NCBI GenBank assembly: GCA_013239625.1
Contig: MU053513.1
Location: 640,370 to 704,369, forward strand
DNA from: Lama guanicoe
Taxonomy: Eukaryota
Length of the DNA stretch: 64,000 nucleotides
Reading direction: 5' to 3'
The notes under the pieces are model-generated. The model was not told where the DNA came from. It searched no databases and saw nothing but the letters and a program-made list of their open reading frames with translations. Shown here in pieces: positions 52,561-64,000 of the stretch (the stretch's first letter is position 1; each line of letters opens with the position of its first letter). Position numbers and translations under genes: made by a program.

Positions 52561-55500
52561 ACAGCACAGTGGGATACTGGCATCCAGGCCAGCCATAGGT
52601 TCCTGAGAATGAGTACCAACTCCATTGCTATTTCCCCTAGAAGAGTCCCATGTTGTAGGTGGGCATTTTCCCCTGACTGTGACACACAGATCTTCCTCTC
52701 TGACCGCCTCATGTTCTGTAAACTATCAGCTCTGCTTATTAAGTCCATTCCAGCTTCCACTAACTGCAGTGCACTTTGTCACCTGCAATAGAGAACGCTG
52801 GCTGTCACACAATATCACCTAAGATGCCATCGAGCAGCGTGGCCCTATCTTGCAAGTGTGACTAGAGCGAAGCAAGGCTGTACCTTGGAATCCTGCCCCA
52901 TACAATTGTCAATTATCCCTTTCCTGCAATTTTTTATGCCACTTTCAGCTTCAGATTTCCAGAGAATTCGGGACTCCGGCTCCAATGACTGCAACACGTC
53001 CATGGTTCTCGCCTGGCACTTTGTCTGCTTTTTCTATTGCCTTCCTTTCACCTCAGGCCGGATCTGCACCGTCAGTAAACAGATCCAGTGCTCAACTGCG
53101 CATCACTGGAGAGCAAAGAAAGTTCAGAGTAAACAATGTAGACTTGGTAAGTTTCCAGTTTCTAGATGATCTCAGACTTTCCAGAAATGTCTGGCTCCAT
53201 TTCCAACCTTATCCTTCTTTGAACAGCACTTCAAGGTTTGTATTAATTTTCTGTTCACTTGGTCACTAGGGAGTCAAGGTTGTTCTCAAGGAATCATGAA
53301 TCAGAACTGTGTGGCTAGATAAGGGCAGGGTTGAGAACAAAATACAGGTCTAGCTTTTTGCCCTGAGCTTTTTTGACTAGTCCTTACTACTGATCTTAAG
53401 CAGACCAGGAGTCATCCTCTGTTCAGGCATAATCTGGCTGGGGGAAGAGTGCCACTTGCTTCCAGACCCTTGATGTTGCCAAGATAAGATTTTAATTGAA
53501 AGCATTTTAATAGACTTGTCGTGCTCATTGACTGGTGAGAATATCATAAGTCTCCCCGTAACACCATAGATAGTCATCTAAGTAACTGTTGCCACCCTGA
53601 TTAATCTAATCTGATTAAATCACAGTCATTTAAAATACATATTTAATCATACTAGCATGAATAGTAATAACATGACTCAATATTTAAGGATGTATTATAT
53701 TTACAGCAATTATATTTAATACCAATGGAGCTCTCAGGATGTTTTATTTGTGATTTGTGATGCAAAGTTAGAAAGATTGTCTGCTGGTACCCCCACATGC
53801 CTCCAGGAAATTAGAAAGTCAGTTTGCTCCTAAGAGTCTTCCAAGTCTTTTGGCATTCTTTCTGTCTGCAGTGTCCTTCCTTTAGGTAATTTCTCTCCAC
53901 ATGATGGAATTTCTCCCACGTTATGTAATTCATCCCACTCTGCAAGTGGAAGACACCCTCTGCTCCACCTGGTTGTTCCTCATCACCTCAGCTGGATGTG
54001 CAATTGCTCCCACAGCCCTACTCTCTTAACGGCACACATGGAAATGATCAAACACTGCCGTATATTGCAGTTTGTTGTCTACTTCATCTTTCTTCCCCAG
54101 CAGTGCATGAGCTGGATCCAAAAAGGAGCACATCAAGTCTGACGTTCCTGTGCTTGAGTCCCTCAGGGTGTCTGGGGCTCTCCATAGACCCTATAAATAT
54201 TTGATGAATAAAGCGAGTCATGCGCTCAACCGCCTGCAGGGGGGTCCGGTCACAGGACTGTCACTAGGCCTGGCAAGAGTGTAAGTTGCTTGTACGGTGA
54301 CCAAGCATAAGGCTGCCTACCCACATGGCCTCAGAAATTCTCTGTGGCCTTAATGAGGGCAAAACAAAGCATGTCCAGAGGTCAGGGTAAGCCCCATGCC
54401 TGCCAATTGTGTCCCTTAAATAAAATACCAATCAGCCTCCTTCCTTAGAGTGAACATCAGCCCAGAAGTTTAAGCCTAGTTTCCGAGGACAACGAGAAGA
54501 AAAAGAGGGAGGGAGGGAGGGAAGGAGGAAGGAAGGAAATAAAAGAAAGAAACTGTTTGCATTGTCTAACAGGTAGAAAGTGTGATGGTGTTTTTGCCAT
54601 TTGTAATATAAATTTTAGGAAACCAAGAAAAGTTCTTTCATGAAGATGGTCCTCAGCTGGCTCCCAAACAGGAATCCTACAGTCAAAGTGATTTTCAGGG
54701 GCATTATTTATTGAAGGGTAGAGTTAGGCAAGTGACCAGAAAGTGTGATATGCAGTGAAAAGGAAAGATCAAATTTAAAGGTTGAGCTCACAGAACACAG
54801 GTGTATGTGTAGTAACCTTGGGGCTCGGAAGAGAATGTAAACTGCATCTCGAAATATCCCTTTTTAACTGGGTGAAATATTAATTTGGGGAAGTAGAGGC
54901 CTGTGAAATAAATAACGGCTTATTACATCAAAGCTGAACTAAGGTCCTCTGTTGACTCATTTAGCCCACTGGAGAGGGAGCGTAGATGGAAAATGCTTTA
55001 CACCAATCATACAGCTAATCTCTTTAAATTCTCTTTGCCAAAACTGAGGTTTCTTTGGCTACAGTCATGCTCACTTCTGCATAAAGCACCATTCACGGGG
55101 TGAGGACGGAAGCCCTCATACACAAACCATCCGCTCATGGCCTTCCTCATGGAAGCTTTTCTACACGTTAGCTTGAAACAAGTTGCATTTGGTTCCAAAA
55201 GGCCTAAATGAACTGTTTATCTACTTGAGATCTTATTTTTATTGTCCAGGCTTGATGCTTATCCACAGTTTTACTTTCAATCTGGCCAACTGTGGAAATA
55301 AAGAACATTCTGTTTTTCCTGTGTCTCTGGATTTGTTTAGCTTAATAAAATACTGACATCCAGACTTTGAGGAAGTACTGATACCCAAACCACTTCTAAC
55401 ACATCAGCTTGACTTTGTGATCTTTGAACTGCTCTCTCCATGGTCCTCATATTAAATGTCTGCTGAGATGCTTGGAGCTGGGTGTCAGGACCTAATAATT

Positions 55501-56300
55501 GATTTAAATCTCATAATGCTTTGAGCTTGGAGTTTAATTCATGTATATTCCTTTGCAAGTCTTGCCAAGTGTGTATGCTTTTTGTTCCTTGATTCTGATG
55601 GAAACTGCATTTGTCAAGGGCACCAATGATCGGTATTTTCAAATCCAATTGAAACTTCATTTTCTTCCTGAATACTCAGCAGCATTTGACGCAGTAACTT
55701 TGTATCCTTGAAACCATCCGTCCTTCCTGCTTCTAATATGCTTTCCACACAGGAAAGAGTGTAAAGCCAAAAATTATGTTTCACAGACGTCCCGGAACCT
55801 GAGAGTAAAAGCAGGATTTAGGTTTAACCAATCAGCGTCTCCTGCCGTGAATCGGGAGGCAAAACTGAGATAAGGGCAGAACCCCTGTTCTATTTGCTGC
55901 TTCTGCCAGGCAGGCATGGTCTGCATGGAATTTGCTTTTTCTAAGGAATCACCGATAGAGTTTGCAATGGCCAATCATTATGGAATGCGTTTCAAGCGTT
56001 AGGTATCCATTTCGTTTTCGTAGATTATGGCAGGGAGGTCTAGTTTTGGGTCTGGCAGCGGCACTGAGCATGCCTCTAGCCATGGAGCTCTGCAGTCACC
56101 GTTCACTGATCTTAGAAAAGGCAGCAGTTCCCATGGTGGCCCGGGAACGTGCTGTATCTTGAGATTCATCTCTGACATTTCAAACTTAGAGCCATTTCTT
56201 CAGTCCTTCAAACAATTCTTAATGCTCTTTATAAAAGGTTTTCTGTACTTGAAATCATCAATCTTTTCCACTTTTCTCTCTTTCTTTGTCTGTCTCTCTA

Positions 56301-56334
56301 GAGAGGTAGGTAGATGATAGATAGATAGATAGAT

Positions 56335-56366
<32 letters not shown>

Positions 56367-56395
56367 TACACATATATATTATATGAATGTATATA
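56301..56395. repeat. Compound (GATA)n(GACA)n microsatellite
   Basis: Directly visible. Confidence 0.95.
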
Positions 56396-56544
56396 TTACT
56401 GGTCTATTGAAAGAACAGAAAAGTGGTGTTTATGTTAAGTGTGGAGGACAGAATCTACTCTCGCTTGTATAAACTGTTCTTCCAATACAGTAGTCCTGTT
56501 CCCACTACCAAGACTTTTCTGAGCTGTTTCTTCTGTATCAAATG

Positions 56545-56855
56545 CCCTTCTTCCAATCATTTCTTACACCCTACTCCTTGTACTTTCAAGTCTCAGTTGA
56601 AATACCACTTCCTCAAAAAGGTCTTCACAGACTACCAAAATATTCTAACATCCTATACGATCCTTCATTGCAAATACACAATCTAAAGTAATAGTTACTT
56701 GTTGATTTTCCCCTTTTTGTTTATCATAATTTAAGTTCCATGAAGGTAACGATCTTCCACACAGGTGCTAGAATAGAACAATGAAAATCATATAATTGAT
56801 ATTAAATCAATGTTTTCTTAGTGAAAAAAATGAATGGATAGATGAATGAATGCAA
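56545..56855 (+). mobile_element. L2 3' fragment
   Basis: 'tttcaagtctcagttgaaataccacttcctcaaaaaggtcttc...taagttccatgaaggta...aatgaatggatagatgaatgaatg'. Confidence 0.7.
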
Positions 56856-57124
56856 TGGGAATGCATTTACTGAGTCAGGGAATTAGACTGGAACTACCTA
56901 GGTAGTATTAATCACATGATTATTTTTGTCTTTTATTTGCATACACTCACACACATCTATGTGTATATGAAACACATAGAAATTATCATTATCATTACTT
57001 TTCTTCTTTTCAGATCTCTCTCAAGATAGACTCTAGAAAAGAAAGTCCTCCTTTACTTCTCAATCTCTGTAGCTTTCACATTCTAAGTCTAAGCTTTCAG
57101 ATGACAAATATTGCTTATTTTTAA

Positions 57125-59195
57125 AACAAAATTTTTATTTTTGAGCAGTTTTAGACTTACAGAAAAGATGCAAAGCTAGTACATAGAGTTCCCATAGACC
57201 CCACATCCAATTTCCCCTATTATTAATACCTTACATTAGAAAGGTACATTTGTTCCAATTAATGAACTAATATTGATACATTATCAGTAACTATTGTCTG
57301 TATTTTTCAGATTTCCTCCCTTTTTACCTAGGGTCCTGTTTCTATTTCAGGATCTCATCCAGGAGACTACATTACATTTAGTATGACTACTAAATGTAGT
57401 CATGTCTCCTAAAGCGCTTCTGGTCTGCAACCGTTTCTCAGACCTTCCTGCATTCTGATGAGCTTGAGGGCTTTGAGAAGTACTGGTCAGGTGTTCTGTA
57501 GAGTTTTCTTCAATAAGGGTTTGTCTTGTGTTTCCTTCATGATTAGATTAGGCTGAGTTTGGGGGAGGAAGACTGCAGGGAAGCGCCAGTTCATCGCACC
57601 GTATCAAGGGTATGTATCATCAACACGACTTACCGCTGTTGGTACTGACCATAATCATCTGATTCAGGTAGTGTTTGTCAGGTTTCCCCATGGTAAAGTT
57701 CTCTTTTCCCCACTTTCCAAACTGTACTTTCTGGAAGGAATTCACTATGTGCAGCTCACATCTCAGGAGTGGAGAGTCTTTCTTCATCTTTTGATGGCAA
57801 ATTATCTACATAAATTATTTGTACTTCTTCTGCATGGAGATTTGTCTCTTATCCCCCATTTATTTACTTACTTAATTATTTATTAATGTCAGCTTAGGCT
57901 AATAGAGATTTATTTTATACTTTGGGTTGTAATTCAAGAGTGCTTTATTTTGTTGCTCAAATTGTTTCAACTTTGGCCACTGGGAACCCTTTAGTTGCCT
58001 CCTGTGTCCTTTTGACATATTCCCAGAATTAAGGATTTTATTTTATATTACTCCCTTATTTTCTGTCACCATAAAATGCTCCAGTCTTAGCTTGTCTTAC
58101 ATAATTCTTACCCTATTCCTAGAGTCAGTCATTTCTCCAAGGACCCCTGGCTCCTTTGATTGTAGAGTGGCACAGAAATCAAGATCTGGGCATACCTGTG
58201 CTCATTGTTACTTGGGTATTGTTGCCTCTAGGCCTTCCATGCTGACAGAATGAGAATATCTGTGTGTGTATACTAACCCATGCACCTGCCACGTCTGTAA
58301 GTATTTCTCTGTGTAAGCATTTTATCTGCATTATCTATGTGAAGTTCATGCTGATGTCTCCAACTCCAATCCATCACTGCGTGAATCACTCTATCCCTAT
58401 CTCCTTGCTGATACATACTTTCCCAACAGCCGCTGTTGAGTTGTTGGGCTGTTCAATTTCACTTTGCGTATATCATGGTATCAGAATTCTTCTCTTGTAA
58501 CCCTGTGGGAAATAATTGTATTAACTAGAGCACAGTTCGTATTTACAACTTTTGTTCATTCGTTCGTTTATCTTTAGTCTTTCTGATGCCACATTTCCAG
58601 AATTACTCACATCAATATCTTTTTCTCCTACCATTTTCAGTGAGAGTATTTCTCATTTTTATAATGTGATAATACTGTTTCGTCACATTCTGCATTCCAT
58701 CCACAGATACTGTGACCTTCTCAATGATTTTTGTAAATTTGCATGCATAAAGATTCACTCTTTGAGCTCTAAAGTTCTATGAAGTTTGGCAAGTGCATAG
58801 CAGCATGTGTCTATGATTACAGTGTCATGTAGAATAGTTTACCACCCTTAAATATCTCCCATGCTTCACCTATTGAAACTTTCCTGAGACCAAACCCCAG
58901 GCAACCACTGATATAGTTCCTGTCCCTATAGTTTTACTTTTCAAAAATACCATATAATTATAATCATGAAATATGAAGCCTTTTCAGACTAGCTTCTTTC
59001 ACTTAGCAACATACAATTATGCTTTTTCATGGTTTGACAGTTCATTTCTTTATCATCATTGAATAGTAGTCCATTGTATGGATATACCATAGTTTATTCT
59101 TGCTCTCAACTATTAAAAGACATCTATTTTTACTTTCAGTTTTTGGCTGTCATGGAAAAGCTGCTATACGTGTGCAAGTTTTGTGTGGACATAAG
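57125..59195 (-). mobile_element. L1MC/L1MD-type long 3'UTR
   Basis: 'agttttagacttacagaaaagatgcaaagctagtacatagagttcccata' 3' terminus, running through to 'gtgcaagttttgtgtggacata' at the ORF2 end. Confidence 0.85.
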
Positions 59196-60784
59196 GCTAC
59201 TCCCAAGATAACCAACAGAGAGGAAGGAAATTTTTTTTTCACCAATCAAACAAGTTCCATAGTGTTTATCTTCTAAAACTTCAAGCTTCAGGTAACAGAT
59301 TTTATTTGTATATATCTCCTATTCAATTATATATGTGTCTATATATGTGTACATATATATATATATGTGTGTGTATGTGTGTGCGTGTAGATTTGACACA
59401 ACGTGACAACATATGGAACAACTTTTAAATAGAAACAGAATTCTTGCCTTTTGTATACTCCTGTCTTGTCTTTGACAATAACCTTTATTTTTCTCTTCTT
59501 CACGTACACCTAGGTAGTTCTTGAAGAGAAAAAAAAAATACAACAATACTTTTTGAAGCAGAGGATATGGGAGGATTTTTTTCTGACAATGTGACTGTCA
59601 CATGCTGGTCTTAAGCGAAGACAGCTGTTGTTACAAAACAGCTCCTCAAGGAGCTTGGCTAATTGCAAGTGACATGTAAAACTCATGAAGGGCAATACTG
59701 TTTTCTTGATAGCTTTTGATGAAGTTTTTCTTTACTTAGCTAATGGAAATACCTTTATCAAACTGATCTTATAAAACCTTTCATTGGAACACATATGGTT
59801 CCCTTGTTAAGACACTGTTCACCCATATGAACACTCACTGATTTATTTCCTGCCAGAAGTCTGTGGGTGTTTTAACTGTCATGTATCTGGCAGTGTACCA
59901 TAATACTTCACTCTAAAAGCTGAAAGTCATTTAACATTCATGGAGATTAAACGCTAGCAAAAGATAGCTAAGTAAGACCAGAAATGTGGTTAGATGCTTA
60001 GTGGAATTTTGCGTTCCTCATTTATTACATGGTCTTCAAAATAAGTGTGTGGGTGGAAGAGATGTAGATGGCTTGTTAATGATCTACACATACTCCAAAT
60101 TAGGAAAAGGAAAACTACAAAGCCAAATTTATACACTTTATGTCTGTGTGATTCACGGATATAATAAAGACAAAAGAATATGAAATCGTGTTACACAGAA
60201 AAGTAAAATAGAAAATAAAAGTCAGTATATTTAGGAAGGAAGATAGAAAAAGCCACATATATTGTATAAAGAGAGAAACTATAAGAGCATTGATCAAAGT
60301 GTCACAGAGCAATGCATGTAGATGATTCCACAATAGAGCTGGATATTACTTGCTGGTAAATTATATCATTATAAAATCAATTCACATTTAGTTCTCCATC
60401 ATATGGTAAGATCAATCATCATGCAACACTCCCATTTCTGAAGTCACACTTGCATGAGTGGGCACCGAAATGGAAAGTAAGGCGAGGTGGACAGTTAAGA
60501 CAATTACATAGATCATTTGAATTGGAGATTCCACTTTCCTTCATTTTAAAAATATTTTTAGATACAGTGAAAAGACTTTAAGAGTTTCTGTATACCTTTG
60601 TTCTCAGATTTGAAGGTAATTCTTCCAGAAAACCTTTACTGATACCCACGCTCCATGATGGCATTCGGTGTTATTTCTCCAAATGTTCTCTTAGCATCTG
60701 GAAATGTCCTCGCACTTTTCACTAATTGCAATTGCTTCCTTACAGGCTTGATGGATATTTGCTGACTCAATAAGTTTGTGGTTT

Positions 60785-61005
60785 AGAGTTGGAGAGACAT
60801 GGAATTATAAAGATTAATTCTGCCATCTTCCGTGAAACCTTGAAAAAGTTACATGAGCTCTGGCAGTCTCTGTTTCTTCATCTTTAAAATGGGAATGTTA
60901 ACAGTGACTTCTCCCAGGATAGCTGTAATGAATAAAGGGAGTAAAGGACATAATTCAAAAAGGAGAATGTCTGGCACATAGCAGGTGCTCAATAGATGTT
61001 AGTTT
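60785..61005 (+). mobile_element. MIR
   Basis: 'gtctctgtttcttcatctttaaaatgggaat...ctggcacatagcaggtgctcaatagatgttag'. Confidence 0.8.
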
Positions 61006-62724
61006 TCTCTAACTTCATCTACCTTAATAGCTGTATAATCACCTAATTAGAAATTTATAGGAATAAACACATCTTTGACAACAAGGCTGAGAAAGGTCAA
61101 AGAAAGTCCAGAACCTTCCACAACCCACTCTGTGTGTTTTCTGCCTTCCTTTGTGTATTCTCCTACCTACCTGAGTCCACTGCCTTTCAGAGATTTCCTG
61201 GTCACTCAAGCGCCTCTCTTGGATACTTGAGTTGACTTTGTCTCTCCTCATATACCAGCAAGGGGTTTGAAGTGCAGAGCCTTGGATATACCATTTTCAC
61301 ATTTGAAGCCTTAAACAGACCACTTTACCTGTCTGAATTTCAACTTATTCATCTACAAAACAACAACAACAAAATTCCTACGTTGACAGCGTTTACTTGA
61401 TGCTTCTCAATTAACAAAGAAGGTACAGCAGGAAAGGCATCCATGAGCTCAGGTCTCCTGGAGCTTAGACATTAAATTAGCATTTGCACAAGCCATTTGC
61501 AACAAGCACAAGACATTTCAGTAAGTTAATGTGTCAACTGAAGAGAAACAGATGTGCGCATACACACACACACACGCACATACATATATATATAGCATAT
61601 ATAACATATATAGCCTAATTTCAGAAGTAGAGAGTAACTAGCGAAAATGTTTTATAAGTTGCCAAATCTATATAAATGCAATATAGGAGTATTATCACTA
61701 TTCTTGGTAAATCCCCTTATTTCATTTCTTCCCTTATAACTGCCCCCAAAATTCTTCAGTCCTGTTTATCAGCCTCCATCTCTCTGTAAACATTGATTAA
61801 TATTTATTGAGGAATAAAGTCCCTTTAGCATGAAATGGAGTAACAGGCCATATAATTAAAGACTAGAAGTGACTAGTATCAGATCTCCTTGAGATTATTC
61901 CAATAGGTGAACTCTTATTGGTACCACTTAGGTTTCATCACCCCGTGGTTGTTCTGCTCAGTGAGTTAACTTCGAGAGACAGCCTGCCCCCTCTCAGCCT
62001 TGACAGCCAGCTTTCCTTCTTCCGCCCACCTACCAGTTTGCACACTGCCAACATGAGCTCACTCTCATTTTTTGACTGTACACCTGGTTCTCAGCCCAGT
62101 TTCAAACAAGTGTCTCTTGACCGCGATTCAATTCCATTCCCAAGTCCTTCATGGGCCAGCTACTCCTCCTGCTGTCATATCCGTCTAAAGCAGTAAGAGT
62201 TGGCCATTTCAGCACCAGCTCTGGCTGATCCCCATACTGCTGCCAATTGTTGCATTAGTAGAACAGTTTTATTTTAATGAAGACTATTTTGAAGCTTGGA
62301 ATTTAATTCTCAGTCACAGAGCCTGACATTTCAGAAGATGCATCTGAAGAGTGAGGCCTCTCTGTCACCCCTGAATGAGCACCTAGGTAGGGGTGTCGTG
62401 CTGCCATGCTTCTGATTCAACCTTGATGCCTTTTTTACATGAAGAAAACAGAACACTTCACAGAAGGGACCTTTTTTTTTTGTAATCTTGGAAACAATCT
62501 TTAGATCATCCAAAATTAAACACACTTAAAACATTTAGATGAGCAAAGTTATAAAACTTCCTTGCATTAGTTTTATAACAAAACATGAGAACTAATGAAT
62601 TGATGGTTATACATTAGTGCAACTATAAAAACACAGGCGTCATGTTTTCTGAATTATCATGTGATTTCACATTCTTACCTCACTTGATTGGACTTGCACA
62701 CCCTTCTCTTTCACTAAATTTAAA

Positions 62725-63062
62725 GTTATTGTAAAATATTGGCTGTATTCCTATTGTGCTACATAATATATCCTTGTAACTTATTCATTTTATACAAAGT
62801 AGTTTATCCCTCTTAATCCCCTGCTTCTCCCCCATTCCCTCTACCTATTGGTAACTATTATTTTGGTCTCTATGTTTGTAAGTCTGGTTTTGTTTCATTC
62901 TATTCCTTTTTTGTTATTTTTTAGATTCCACATATAAGTGATAACATACAGTATTTGTCTTTCTCTAGCTGACTTATTTCACTAAGCATGATCCCCTCCA
63001 GGTCCATCCATTGTTGTTGCAAATGACAAGTTTTCAATCATTTTTATGGCTGGGTAAAATTC

Positions 63063-63101
<39 letters not shown>

Positions 63102-63280
63102 CACTTCTTTTTTAGCCTTTCATCTGTTGATGGACACATGTTGCTTGCATATGTTGGCTAGTGTAAGTAATGCTGCTGTAAATATTGGGGTGCATGTATC
63201 TTTTCAAATTAGTGTTTTTGTTTTCTTTGAGTATATACTCAGAAGTGGAATTGCTGGATCATATGGTAGCTGCAATTCCA
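62725..63280 (-). mobile_element. L1 3' fragment with internal (CA)n at 63067-63099
   Basis: 'ttagattccacatataagtgataacatacagtatttgtc...gtggaattgctggatcatatggtag'. Confidence 0.88.
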
Positions 63281-63369
63281 ATGTTCTTTGTTTTTTAATC
63301 AATAAATGGCACTACTGTGCCTGATTACTCAGGTATAGAAGTCATCCTGCAAACCATCCGTGCCCATTT

Positions 63370-64000
63370 CCACTTTCAATTAATCACTCAGTCCTACCAA
63401 CTTTACCTCTTAAATGTCTCTCATCTGTTATTTCTTGTTTTACTGCCACTACCCTAATTCCAACTTCTATTGTCAACTCTCTGAATGACAGCAGTAGTTT
63501 CCCTGTTACTCCTTTCTACTCACTCTTCTCATTTTCAGTCCAGAACAACCATCACATAGCATCCCCGGCCATCTTTTTGAAATAAAAATATGGCTATGTC
63601 CCTCTTAATTTAAAACTCTTTTATATCTAATTGTTCTTAAAATAAAAATCATAGCCTTTGCATACTAACAGGAAGGTCAGCAGAGTGAGGACTACCTCCT
63701 CAGCCCGCGATGCTCCATTATCTCTATCAACACCCCCCCCCAACCCAAGACTCTGGTCTTCCTCAAGCCGTCCACATCAGGACATTTGGACATGCTGCTT
63801 TCTATACCCACAGCACTATTTCCACTAATTTCTACCTTCTCTTTTATTCATACCTATCCATCCTTTAGAGATCAGTTGAATTTAGTGTCTGGAGGAAACA
63901 TTTCCTAACCCCAGACTATAACAGATCCTCCCAGTTACTCTCCTAGAACACTTCCAACTTTCTTATTACCTGCTATCTAAATTGTACCTTCATAACTACT
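63370..64000 (+). mobile_element. L2 fragment
   Basis: 'aatcactcagtcctaccaactttacctcttaaatgtctctc...actgccactaccctaattc'. Confidence 0.7.

Noticed and set aside
1..64000. CRISPR array, operon or other prokaryotic system
   Set aside because: The sequence is mammalian and repeat-rich, with no repeat-spacer array and no long ORFs.

Overview
This is AT-rich mammalian genomic DNA, most likely camelid, as inferred from two tRNA-Ala-derived vic-1-type SINEs and cetartiodactyl-type L1 3' ends. I recognise no protein-coding exon or RNA gene. The listed ORFs are chance or repeat-derived, so the window looks intergenic or deep intronic. It is mostly fossil transposable elements: L1, L2, MIR, ERV1/ERVL solo LTRs and an ancient RTE-X/L4-like LINE with readable reverse-transcriptase motifs. 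Four structures are not explained by TE annotation. (1) An old, diverged inverted repeat with ~650-700 bp arms at 41540-44242. (2) A 1284-bp direct repeat bracketing a 799-bp spacer at 16742-20108, with divergence concentrated at one end. (3) An adjacent 360-bp tandem duplication at 15511-16226. (4) A CpG-rich, 13-bp-periodic, multi-hairpin patch inside a MER77-like LTR at 38943-39007. Repeat family names come from my memory of consensus sequences. Boundaries are approximate unless a TSD or junction is quoted. I found no evidence for a new multi-gene system.
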